A stretch of 64,000 nucleotides of DNA from Oculina patagonica (taxonomy: Eukaryota), in the NCBI RefSeq assembly GCF_052425735.1, contig NC_135762.1, positions 26,350,001-26,414,000 on the forward strand, in the 5' to 3' direction. Positions 35,940 through 63,723 of this stretch are shown in pieces. Positions within the stretch are counted from its first letter, which is position 1. The number at the start of each line of letters is the position of its first letter. The notes under the pieces are model-generated. The model saw nothing but the letters and a program-made list of their open reading frames with translations, was not told where the DNA came from and made no database searches. The position numbers and the translations under genes are program-made.

Positions 35940-38900
35940 CAGATTGTGAAACGGCAGTGGAATCGAACACACCTTTCTGGTGTTTACGATTTCGAGAACT
36001 GCCGACTTAAACATGAATAAAACATAATATATAATCACTTTATGGTCTTTTATTTATTTCAGGAGCCAACCAGGCAGATCGAACCCTCTGACCTCGCGTG
36101 AAAGCGGAAGTTGTGCCGATATGACAAACATTCGGTGTTGCATCGATTGCTAGTGTATGCGATGTGGTACGCTGGATAAAATAATTTCGGATACTCCGTT
36201 CATGGACTTGAACATTTCAAAAATACCTCATTGGAAATATGGTCATGTTTTTCTACACAGCATATTTTGTACCAGAGGATACGGGGGACGTAGACTTGTG
36301 GGTATTAAATTCGTGTCCAATATACACCAATAGGATGAATTTATAACCGACTTGTGGGTGCCTTGCGTGACACCCATGTCACGGTCTCGGACGGGGAAGC
36401 CAGTGGTGTTCAAATAACGCGCGTTCTTTTCTTTACTCTGAAAGAACAATTTTTCTGAAGTCCTTTTACTCGTTTGATCGCGCAAGAGCGAAAAACACGG
36501 TTCCACTTCAGGATTTCGGAAAAGAAAAACGTTGATAATCAATCTTTAGTCTTTTTCCCTTTAATGCTACTTGTTACTCGCTGCCCATTGTTACTCGTTA
36601 TTTGCTTGTCGACACGCCCTACAGGCTCGTCAAAATACTGGGGAAGGGGAAGGATATAAGATATATTTCCTCCTCATCACGGTAGACTATGCAGGGTCCC
36701 TGCACAGGCAGACAATCTGTGTTTGGGGCCGCGTGACGTAAGCGTCACGGTACGCGCTATTTGATCTCTATTTGATTTCCCACTACGTGGGCCAGTTGCA
36801 TGGTCAAATGCCCCACCAGTCGGGGGTGAAATGTCATTGTGAGTCGGTTTTCTCGTTGAATTGCAGTCGTTTTGCCTACGAGTACGAGCGGATTCGCTAA
36901 CGACCAGTTACCTTATCGTTAACACTTGGTCTAAACGGACACTCCGGCCCTATTTATCAGCCAATTTTAATAGGAAAAGATAGATACGTTGAAACTAGGT
37001 ACATTACATTAACGTAACCAAATACTAACTTCAAGCGCTTGAGCTCGCCCCGGGGGGGGGGGGGCACTCAAAAAAGTTTTATACGGGGAGGCTCCGCCCC
37101 AAGCTCTTACCCCTTACCCTTTTATATACCATTTTGACAGAAATTGTACCCCTTTCCTATACCTTTTACTGAAAAAAGGTACCCCTTTCATATACCTAAA
37201 AGACATGACATAGCCTTAGAACAGGACGTTTTCTTGTCATTTTTATGTAGCGCTTAATAAATTAAAATAACACAGCCATAAAGTGCGTCTGTTCGAAATA
37301 TTTTAATTACAGGCCTTTTAAACAACCTAAATGACGGATTTTTATACCCTTTCATATACCTAAACTTGTGAAATCGCTACCCTTTTATATACCTGAAGCC
37401 TGAAAAAGGTACCCCTTTTGTGCGGAGCCTCCCCGTATAGGCCGTTATATGGAGTACCCCCCCCCCCCGGGGAGCTCGCTAGCGCTTTAAATAGTTTATA
37501 ACACATTTTGTGACAACGATCATTCGGTCAAATGCCCGACCATCCGGGCTTCTGTTCGATCAAATTCCCCACTATCTGGGCTTTAGTAGCGGTCAAATGC
37601 CCGGGGGTTGCCCGGGGGGGATGATCTCGCTTGGAATTGACTGATAAGGAACGTAAATAGTATGTAAACAATACCAGGCAGAGAAATTTTTTTTAGGGAT
37701 TTATTAGCAATATTTTTTGCACTAAGCATGTTCAGTAACGAAGTCGGATCAAGATTTAGGATGGTCTTTAGTACATTTTATCTCCTCGACGAATTTTTTA
37801 ATTTCTGACATGAGTATCGACGAGTAACTATTTTTCCCATTTTATAATCTCACAATGGTGAAAGTTAGAAACAAGAAACTTCAAGCAGTTAAGAACCGTG
37901 GGGTTAATGCTTGACCACCTCTTTCAGTTCTTTGGCTAGAAAGGTGACAGAGCCGCACAGTAAAAAATCTTTAGAAAAGCAGTCACTTGAGGAACACACA
38001 AATCGTGTTTGCGTGAGTTACGGAGTGTGCTAGTCCAGTCCCTGAACTCTCCCTACCCCCGCCCTACATAGGGGGCTGAACCCAGGCGCGCGAAGAGAGA
38101 GTTCAGGATAACTTGCATCAAATCTTGCGTGACCGTCACCAAGGAGCCGGCTGGGCCGCGTGGGTCTGCCACGATTTACCGACAAAACGACAAAAGAAAA
38201 AACGCGGTCCAGATTATGAACCGGCTTCTCACGGTTAAAAAGTCAATGTGGGAAGATTTTCGCGCGATCGTTCTTAATGATTCTGGAGTTAGTGTTAAAG
38301 CACGTGCAAACTCACGCCGAAACCAATTGTGACTAAGCTTGTGTAGTGCTCCTCTCGTGGAGTGGGTTTAGCATAGCGACTCGAAAGTTACTCGTTTGCG
38401 GGTTGTAGAGAGAAACTGGGTGTCAGCCGGGAGGGGAAAAACAAGTACACGAGAAAATCGGCATGACGGAAGACTACAAGAACTGACCGACTTTCATCGC
38501 GCTAAATTTACCCGGTTTACTTTGTCTCGTCCCAACTAGTTATATAGCTTGCGCGGTGATATAGACTGAAGAGGTATAAGGGAAATTCCTCGGAACTACT
38601 GGGCGAAATAATTTTTGGAATAACCATTTTCGCCTCAGGGAAACAGACTTTAGCATCCTCAGAACCAGAGAATAAAGCGAGTCTCTTCGGAAAAGTAATG
38701 GTAAAGGTCAAGTCTGCGTACGAGCCTAGTGGCCAAACGGGCCAGAGCTTATCCCGGTTTCAGTAGCATGAAGCCACTAGGAGTATTTCCAGCCTAGTCC
38801 CTAGGCGTTCTCTCTTGTCGTGAAATCCGCGCGAAGTCTCTCCCGGTGACGTCATGGCTCACAATGGGGTCCAGGTTTGACCGAGCCAAGAACGCCAAGG

Positions 38901-39232
38901 GACTAGCCTGGAGTATTTCTACTCCCCTTCTCGATGGAATGCAAAAGCCATTGCAGGGTAACCTCCCCCCCCCCAGAATTAAATTTGCCGGTACCCAATT
39001 ATACACCCTGGGTAGAGAGAGGCACTATGAGAGTAAAGGTGTCTTGCCCAAAACCACAACACAGTTACCCCGGCCAGGGCTTGAACCCGTAGCGCTCAAA
39101 CCGGAGTCCAGAGCACTATTTAGGCCACACGAAAAAAAAAAAAATAAAGAGTAAAAATAAGATAAAGGCTTCTTTCGAAAAGTGACATCACAACAAAATA
39201 CAAAAGTGAGCTGAATGTTTTTCAGTGAACCA

Positions 39233-39238
39233 TTTAAT
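39233..39238 (-). terminator. Probable OGT polyadenylation signal (ATTAAA) with downstream GU/U-rich element
   Basis: ATTAAA on minus ~510 nt past the OGT stop, followed by TTTTGTATTTTGTTGTGATGT; lies inside the duplicated unit. Confidence 0.45.
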
Positions 39239-39745
39239 ACATAAAATTCTGTTGTTTTCGTTTTTCTTCTTTTCAAGTTCCGTGTCATAGCACGGTCAGT
39301 AATGTGTTGACCAAGTAAGATGTTCTACACTTCATCTAAAACTCAAAAGCTCAACAAGCGACGAAAGAACGTCATTAATTTTACTCTTAATATTTACAAA
39401 TTTCTTTGAACGCTATATAACATTTCACCTCTTTAACTTATCAGAAACCTACGAATTTTCCTTCCTGGCCAACCAAACAACAAAAGAAAAATAAAACAGC
39501 ACAAACAATAGTTAGGCCACAAGTCTTAATTGGCAACACACATACTCGTAAAAAGACTCAATTTTCCCTTGCCGAGTAGAGGGCTGTCCGCGTCTTAATT
39601 TTAAAATGTTTTTCATGACCGCATCACTGATTTATCCCCCTTGTTACAGCACAGGGACTTGACTCTGTTTGACCAACACAGTGACCAGTGACTGTAACGA
39701 TTGTCAGTATCCACAATACTGGGCGAAATAAACGATTCCTGGCAT

Positions 39746-55459
<15,714 letters not shown>

Positions 55460-56288
55460 TATTTCGTCCCTTAGAAATGTTTAAAACGTTCAATTTTCAT
55501 TCATCTCAGATAGGCTACGATTCAAAGAACGGCCAACGAGCGATACTTTGGCAAATGACGCATCCTTGACACGAACAAACTCGAGAAATGCAGTGATCAA
55601 TATCAAAATTCCTTCTACTCGAAATGCCTCGTTGCCTAGATGACGTAATTTTACGTCGTGCTTGACAACCCACGTGGGTGACAGCTTGAAAAGAAAAGAG
55701 AAGATAAATTTTCATCACACAAAAGGTAGGCATTTTATGTTCAGAATTATGTTACATAAGACTTAAAAATAATTTCTTGAATTCAAAACCTATATTACGC
55801 TTATAGGTACGTTTCGTGCTTAATTTAATAATTTATTTCAAATATTTGACTGAGAATATCACGAAAAATCTTTCAATGGCAAATGCAAATTCCCTCAACA
55901 TGTAATTCATGGCAAACTAAGGTATCCCTCCTACTTTAGAGCTATTTTATGAGAAATACGACTAAATCTTGCGTAAAATTTTGTTTAAGATGGCCTTAAA
56001 AGCCCCTTGCTTTTCTTCATGCCGAAAAAAATGTGTTCCTGCGCCGAAGCGGCGAAAAACAAAGCACCTTTTATGATCACGTTCGTTTCCGTGAATGTAT
56101 TGGAAGAATCTTCTTCTTGCCTCAGCTGACATCTGGCCTTTTGACACCTTTGATATCACGTGATGGGTGTTTGATTGACATGGCCAATGAATAAAGAGGC
56201 AAGCAGTTGGATTCCGACCGGTATCACTTTGTGAAGAGGCCAGAGCGAGAGAAGACCATTGTGTTTTGTGCAGTGAATTATCTTTGAG
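55460..56288. promoter_or_regulatory. Divergent promoter region between OGT and beta-thymosin, including thymosin non-coding exon 1
   Basis: CRE/ATF-like TGACGCA (55556) and TGACGTAA (55642), E-boxes CACGTG (55671, 56157), CCAAT (~56184), TATA-like AATAAAG (~56190); splice donor GAG|GTAACC at 56288/9 and acceptor CCACAG at 56382. Confidence 0.55.
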
Positions 56289-56350
56289 GTAACCACGTTA
56301 GCCCGACGTTAGTTTACACTGACAACGTGCTTCTTTCGAACTTTATTTAG

Positions 56351-56827
<477 letters not shown>

Positions 56828-59800
56828 CCCAGGAAATTATTTAAAGTCACTAGCAAGTTTCCGATGTCCTTCAAGAATTTTTATGTCTTCATTTGTGTTT
56901 GCCTCTGCCTAGAGGAAGTTGTGCGTTTATAGATAAATTAAATGAATAAGTGTTTGTCTGTAAAGCGTTCGAACCTGTGAGATTTCTATGTAAAGCGAAA
57001 CCTCGCTTTCCGAACTGCGATTTACAAGATACTGTGCTAATGTATTCGCTAACACTTTCATTGGGTCTAGACAAACATAATTGTAGTGAAATATTTTTGC
57101 ACAATTTAAAAATAAACAGTTGAATATTGAACTTTTGAAACTCGTGGTTTTGAGTAGTTTAGTTGTTGGTTGTATGTTAATAGCTTTAGCTTACGTGTTA
57201 ATGCTACAAACCTTCTGTAATCCCATCGCATAGTTTGATTGTACATGTACAATTTATGTACAATATTCTATTCATCAAACTTTTTTCATTATATTAGAAG
57301 TTGACATTGTTTTTGGCCATTTACAAAATGGCAAGGATACCCTTGAGAGGTTATGAAAATTTTAAAGGTCATTTTACATTTTATCCGACATAATTGTCTT
57401 GGGAATAGAAAGCTCTACAATTAACATTCTGTAAGCCGTTTTGATTACTGCAATGGAAATTTTGCATAGTTATTTATATTGTTCACTATTCAGCCATGCC
57501 TTTTTAGGGAATAATTGGCCAAAGTGTTGCATAAAAAGAATAAATTTCCTTGAGGAAATTTATACAGTATCAATTACACTAGTCTAGTCTGAAAAAACAG
57601 GGTGGATGTAATCTGAAAATAGAATTCTAACAGATCTCGTGATCGTGAAGCTTGGAACTTTTGGACCCTTTTAATAAATAACAGCTTTTGCATCAAGCAG
57701 TACATTATAAAAGCCTAAGGATGATTTAAAACCATTGAAATCGAATCTTTATTTTTCAGCAGAGATGAAACTAAGTTTTCATGACTTAAGCCTGGACATC
57801 TAGCAATTGGCATTGATTAGTGTTCTTGTCAGGCCACTGCAGTGCTTATGGCTTACTAGTATGATATTTTTTTAAAGTTTTTATTTCTTTAAGTTTTTTA
57901 GCCTGCGAACGCAGACATTTCTGGCTGTCGTTTCTCTCCGCTGGGAAATACTTTTGTGTTCGCAGGGTATAAGTTTTGGAGCCATCGAAGATTTGCAACA
58001 ACTAAATGAAAAGTACTTTCTTGCCTGGAAAAGTAAGAGTACCTAAATACTACCTGGTTTGCCAAAACAAATGGAACAGTTCAAACCATTTTGCAAGATT
58101 TTAGCCATTCAAGTAGAAATTTTTTTAGAAGAATTCTTACATTATTTGTTTAATTACAAAGAACATTACCCTACAAGTAGATTCTTCTCTGATGGGGACT
58201 TTTCATGCAGAGTACAAGAAAATAGAAGACACAACATTAGTGTTGTTTCTTTCTCCTTCTACAGTGGAATCACATTTTTTTTGAACCCCTGATCTGATTT
58301 TTCAGACCTCCCAATAACATACTGTAAACCAAAAGTATTGGTATTTTTCCCTCCCTCAATTCAACACTACAATTTTTACCGCAGATTTCTCAAACTCCCT
58401 GATTTCCTGAAACCAATTTTTTACCTTAGAAGTTCAAGAAATCAAGATTCTACTGTATTGCAGGGTTCTCATTAGAAGGCGGGACCCGGGTACCAGTACC
58501 AGGATGCACAAGAGTCAGTACTATTTTCAAATGGAACATAAAGAAATTTGCTACATCATGTTCTTTTTGCCTGCCTACTCTCCTTTCAATGCTTTCCTAC
58601 TTCAATTCCTAATGAAACCCCTGGTATTGGCCAACAAATAGGTATTGCAAGTTTAAATTGTTTGTCGAGGACTTTTTGACTTGTATTATATTGAGCTCTT
58701 GCTAGAGGAATCACCCCTTGGTTTGCCCAGACATGACGTCTTTTATGTAGATTTACTCTTGCATTATGAAAACCTAGATAAGATCTGGAAGTTGGGGATG
58801 ACTCCTGCTGAGGGATCAGTTCAAACGGGTCCTAGTTAGGTCCAACTCCATCAAAAACTTAAATATTTTTTATTTTAAAACCATCCCATTTGTACAGCTT
58901 GACTTAATAAGAACAACACAGATTTTTTCTCAGGAAAAGAGGACCCATGTTTGAATAGAGAAATTTTATCATTAAGTAAATTTCCAGATACCAGGCATTG
59001 TCTGAGTGGTGCTAAAAAAACACCCCATGTCTGGGTCAGTCTAGAGTTGGTTCTGTGCAATTTTATGCAATAAAAATTTTCCACTGACCGTTAGTTTCTA
59101 TTTGTTCTAAAACCCAAAGTAAACCAATTAAACAGCAGTAGATAATCAGTAGGCATCTAAGATTAAATAATTTAATCCTATAAATTTTCACTAATCCAAA
59201 GAGAATCTCCAGGCATTTGGGAAATCTCTTTGAACTGTTTCTTACTGTTATTAGTTAAATAAACTGGTGGTTTGTGTATATTTGGCACCAAATAAATTCC
59301 AGCACACGCATCGATAACACGGTCATTCAGCATGCGTGAAGGAATTTGTCACCTTTTCCGACGGCAGGAAAATTTCAATCGGGAAATGGGGTCAATCTGG
59401 TGGTGTTTTTTGTAACCCAGTCAATTTGTTTACAACTTTTAATGTTATCAGGACTCACTTTCAACCACACACCACAGTTAATGATATAAAACCACACCAG
59501 ACAGCTGGATATATAGGCATAAACTCACATGTGTGAAATAGTAAACTATTTTCGCTCAAAAGCAAAGCTACAAATGAATAATTTATTGATTGCTTAAAAC
59601 GCCCTTGTGCCGCACGCGCCAAGAATGCGACAGTTGAGGTCATTTGGCGGTAGAAAAGCCTCAAAATAAACACTGTCATTTCAGCAAAAGATCTTTCTAG
59701 GGATCGTTAAAATAACGTAAGAATTTGCAAGCCGGAAGGGTCCCCACGAAATAAAAAATTTAATATCTGTTTCGATAGCGTGTGTTGAGTTTGTTACCAT

Positions 59801-60872
59801 TTTTGTAAATTTTTTCATTGGAATACACGACAAATTTCGTCTAATTTTCCGCGGTCAAATATATTGTAAACAACGCGAAATTGGGATCTTGTTTCATATA
59901 TTGTTTATCATCACTGGATAATTTTATTTTGGCTTTTGGTTTCATTACATGAAAGTGGATCCCGAAGATTGAAAAAATCTGCCGGCTGAAAAGCTGTCAT
60001 TGTACATTTGCAAACATTATCTTGTACACCTGCATTGTCTGGGAAAAAAACCTGAATGGAATATTTAATTCAATTACAATTTAAAAGAAAAAGTACAGGG
60101 GGATACGTCTGCGTTTTTAATCAAGAAAAGAAAACAAAAAAATCCTACACTTGTGAAACTTAGCCATGAAAGTGAAAGTTCATGAAAGAAATTGCGAATT
60201 TTCTGTGAAAATGAAGATAAGTTAAACTTGTCAATTTTTTCACGTTTTTAAGTGTCTTGTCTGAGTAGTTTTACACTCTTGATGTCTGATGTCATAATTC
60301 TTTCGTGTTACTTCTGGCCTCTCTCACTTCCGCCTCTCGTAGCGATTGAAAATGACATAGACTATATGGTCCTATATGTCTTTGCGTGTTAGACCACGCC
60401 CTACTTGAAACGCATTACCGCTCTTGCCTAAAAAGGCCTGATATGATGGCTGACAATTTTAAGTGCATTGATTTTTATGGAAGATTTTAGTCAAATCCCA
60501 AAATGGAACAGCCTGAAATCCAGAGAGCATAGTTTTTTTTGTTCCCCGGAGCAGTTGAAATATTCAAATTTTATCGTGCGTTCGATTTCCTCGCGGCCAT
60601 TTTTGTTTTAAAAAAAAATCGCTTTATTTACCTAGGAGCCGTCAAGTTTTCCAGCATACAAAAGCAGATAAACAAACACATATAACGAACCATGTAAACA
60701 GATCAAGCAGCGCTCCAGTGGAAAAACGGACACCAAAACAGCAGAAAGGCATAAAAGAAAAAAAAACAAGAAACGATTCAGGCCTTTTCTTAAGGTTCGA
60801 GTCCTGACGGGGGTAGCCTGAATTTCAGACATCCCTCTGTGCTCGCCTGCTTGCCAGTGCTATGACGGGGGT

Positions 60873-61154
60873 TGTTGAAGGCACAAGTGTAATAACTGGT
60901 CACAAATGTAATAAAGTCACAAGTGTAATAAGGTTTGGTCACAAATGTAATAAATGTTTCACACGCTGCTACAAATGTGAACAGGAACTATTATTAAAAC
61001 TTATGTTGTCCCATAGTCAGTACAGTACATGCACACAAAATATATATTAAAGAGCTTGTCTAAATGGTCAAAGAAGTCACTTATAAGGCCGTTTTATACT
61101 TAATAGATGCTTTGATTACATTTGTGACCAGTTATTACACTTGTGCCTTCAACA
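60873..61154. mobile_element. MITE with 40-bp perfect TIRs
   Basis: TGTTGAAGGCACAAGTGTAATAACTGGTCACAAATGTAAT ... ATTACATTTGTGACCAGTTATTACACTTGTGCCTTCAACA; no clear TSD. Confidence 0.85.
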
Positions 61155-61507
61155 GATGTTAGGGTCGTTGTGTTACGTTCCTGGGCAACAGTGCTCATTT
61201 AACAGATTTAACTCTCAAATTTCACCCAGGACTAGAAGTGTTTATGGCATGGTTGACTAGGTACACGGATCGACGGATTGGGCCTTAAAAAAACGCACGG
61301 ATCACAGATTTAAATTGCGGCTTCATCGATTTTGAAAGTGAAATGACCACGGATCAGCTGAGAATTTTGCCCCGGATTCCGGACTCCGTCCGCTTTGAGT
61401 TTTTTTAACGCACTGAAAACACAAATATAACTTTTATTCAAGAATCCTTGGCAGTCAATCAACAGTCATTGTTTCGTGAATTTTATAAGAGTCATCGGAA
61501 ACATCGT

Positions 61508-62800
61508 TTTATTTCATAGGTACTGAGATTTACTCACGAAAATCGTAGGGAGTAAAAATCGTACTGATTCAGAGCTTAGCCAATCAGGAGCACGAACGAC
61601 AAAATTTCACTGTGAAAAAATATCGTTCGTACAATGAGCAACGCGAACGACTAATTTTCACTGGTAATGAATGAACGTATTGAAGGAAACGTCATCCCAC
61701 AGCCGTTGCCGACAAGAAAACCCGCGCTTTGAAAAATGGCCGAGGGAAGGTTTGCTTCTGTTTCTTCAGTTGAAGAATTTATTTTAGAACAGGAAAACAA
61801 AAACACCGCTCAAAAAACTGAACGAGATGTAAAATTGCTTGAAAGATTTTTGATAACGAAGAACGAAGACAGAAAAATAGAAGATATTCCGGCTGTTAAG
61901 CTGAATGAATACATCAGCCAATTCATCATTGCCGTCCGCACCAAAGATGGAAATAAATACGAGCCGACTTCTCTTAGAAGTTTAGTGGCTAGCTTCGAAA
62001 GACATCTGAAGAAAAAGAGCTATTCTGTAAGCATAATCAACGACTTGGTGTTTGAGAAAACCAGGAAAGTTCTGCAGTCTAAACAAAAGCAGCTAAAAAA
62101 GCAAGGAAAAGGAAATAAACCGAAAGCGTCGGTAGCTTTGACAAGCGAAGAGTTGAAAATATTGTGCGAGAAGGGTTTGCTCGGTATGTGTAGTCCCGAG
62201 GCACTTCTAAACACGCTCTGGCTAAACAACACTCTTCACTTCGGACTCCGTGGGTGCCAAGAACATCGTGATATGTGCTGGGGAGTAAGCTACTGAAAAC
62301 GGCAAGCGGAGTCAAGTACTTGGAGTTCAATGAAAGACAAACAAATACTAGAACGGGATCAGACTGCAGCGATGTCAGAACCGTACCGCCGAAAATGTTT
62401 GCGACCGACGGAAAATAAATTGACTGAAATAAATTTGATTTATCTTCTTGACATAACTTTGTTATTGATGGCTTCCTTTATTAACAGACATTTGACTTAA
62501 TTAAAAAATTTTGAATGCTGCAGATCTTTGATTTACTCAGTTGTTGAGCAATTGAATGGTTTTACAGTGTCATTTATTTTTGCAAATAAATTTGTCTACT
62601 CAGTAGCACGGAAAAGAAAATCTCAGTACCTATGAAATAAACATATTACAGCATGGAAAATGCTTTGTACGATTTTAATTCACTCGTTGATACGTATCAG
62701 AAAACTCACTCGTTCGCTACGCTCACTCGTTCGTTTTCTGACACTACTCAACTCGTGAATAAAAATCGTACGCGCGCATTTTCCATGAAGTAATCTCTAT
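61508..62800 (+). mobile_element. Internally deleted Crypton-like (tyrosine recombinase) DNA transposon; left boundary approximate
   Basis: Contains a DUF3504-type ORF; 24-bp inverted repeat 61508-61531 vs 62618-62641; long terminal hairpin 62680-62758. Confidence 0.65.
61736..62418 (+). pseudogene. Crypton-type tyrosine recombinase fragment (KIAA1958/ZMYM/QRICH1-like DUF3504), frameshifted and truncated
   Basis: NKNTAQKT, F...VRTKDG.KYEPTSLRS, LQSKQKQLKKQGKGNKP, HFGLRGCQEHR. After a frameshift near 62285 it continues KLLKTASGVKYLEFNERQTNTRTG...PKMFA and then stops, before the C-terminal H-x-x-R and Tyr. Confidence 0.8.
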
Positions 62801-62862
62801 TTATACCTATATGATAATGCAAATGCGGCCTTACACTACTGAAGACCTGAAAAAAATTTTCA

Positions 62863-62935
62863 GGCTCTGAGCGGGAGTCGAACCCACGACCTTTGCGTTG
62901 CCAGTGCAATGCTCTACCACTGAGCTATCAAAGCC
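62863..62935 (-). tRNA. tRNA-like cloverleaf (anticodon GGC), repeat-borne, probably not a translational tRNA
   Basis: Reverse complement of 63181-63253. Confidence 0.4.
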
Positions 62936-63180
62936 ACATGAGAGCGGTCGTATATGGGTAATCCCTTTATGGTGGACATGATACTCGGCCCAAGTATATG
63001 TGAAAAAAGAAGTGTGTCCAGCAGTAGCAATGAAATATATATATGATAATGCAAATGCGGCCTTACACTACTGAAGACCTGAAAAAAATTTTCAGGCTCT
63101 GAGCGGGAGTCGAACCCATATATTGGGCCGAGTATCATGTCCACCATAAAGGGATTACCCATATACGACCGCTCTCATGT

Positions 63181-63253
63181 GGCTTTGATAGCTCAGTGGT
63201 AGAGCATTGCACTGGCAACGCAAAGGTCGTGGGTTCGACTCCCGCTCAGAGCC
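63181..63253 (+). tRNA. tRNA-like cloverleaf (anticodon GGC, nominally Ala), repeat-borne
   Basis: G-GCTTTGA TA GCTC AGTGGTA GAGC A TTGCA CTGGCAA CGCAA AGGTC GTGGG TTCGACT CCCGC TCAGAGC C. All stems pair except one A:C; lacks the G3:U70 Ala determinant. Confidence 0.45.
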
Positions 63254-63415
63254 TGAAAATTTTTTTCAGGTCTTCAGTAGTGTAAGGCCGCATTTGCATT
63301 ATCATATATATATTTCATTGCTACTGCTGGACACACATTCATTTATTTCACATATACTTGGGCCGAGTATCATGTCCACCATAAAGGGATTACCCATATA
63401 CGACCGCTCTCATGT

Positions 63416-63488
63416 GGCTTTGATAGCTCAGTGGTAGAGCATTGCACTGGCAACGCAAAGGTCGTGGGTTCGACTCCCGCTCAGAGCC
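63416..63488 (+). tRNA. tRNA-like cloverleaf, second direct copy
   Basis: Identical to 63181-63253. Confidence 0.4.
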
Positions 63489-63650
63489 TGAAAATTTTTT
63501 TCAGGTCTTCAGTAGTGTAAGGCCGCATTTGCATTATCATATATATATTTCATTGCTACTGCTGGACACACATTCATTTATTTCACATATACTTGGGCCG
63601 AGTATCATGTCCACCATAAAGGGATTACCCATATACGACCGCTCTCATGT

Positions 63651-63723
63651 GGCTTTGATAGCTCAGTGGTAGAGCATTGCACTGGCAACGCAAAGGTCGT
63701 GGGTTCGACTCCCGCTCAGAGCC
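63651..63723 (+). tRNA. tRNA-like cloverleaf, third direct copy
   Basis: Identical to 63181-63253. Confidence 0.4.

Larger units (their letters stand above)
9078..39516. repeat. Tandem segmental duplication, four near-identical ~6.1 kb units
   Basis: Units start at 9078, 21204, 27295 and 33409. The internal junction AATAGTTA-GG-ACTGGGAATC is identical each time; unique flanks are CATTG|GGACTGG (left) and GTTAGG|CCAC (right). Unit 1 is longer by the LTR insertion. Confidence 0.96.

Noticed and set aside
9078-39516. Helitron or other transposon carrying the TRIM gene as cargo
   Set aside because: No TC...CTRR ends, TIRs or TSD at unit borders; breakpoints cut through a small repeat on the left and OGT 3' sequence on the right, as expected for a segmental duplication.
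58840-60640. Possible large non-autonomous DNA transposon
   Set aside because: Composition looks transposon-like, but I found no matching termini, TSD or coding remnant.
62835-62865. Hammerhead-like CTGAAGA...GAAA on the antisense strand of the 235-bp unit
   Set aside because: No stem II closing pair and no stem I partner; the GAAA belongs to the CCTGAAAA/TTTTCAGG hairpin.
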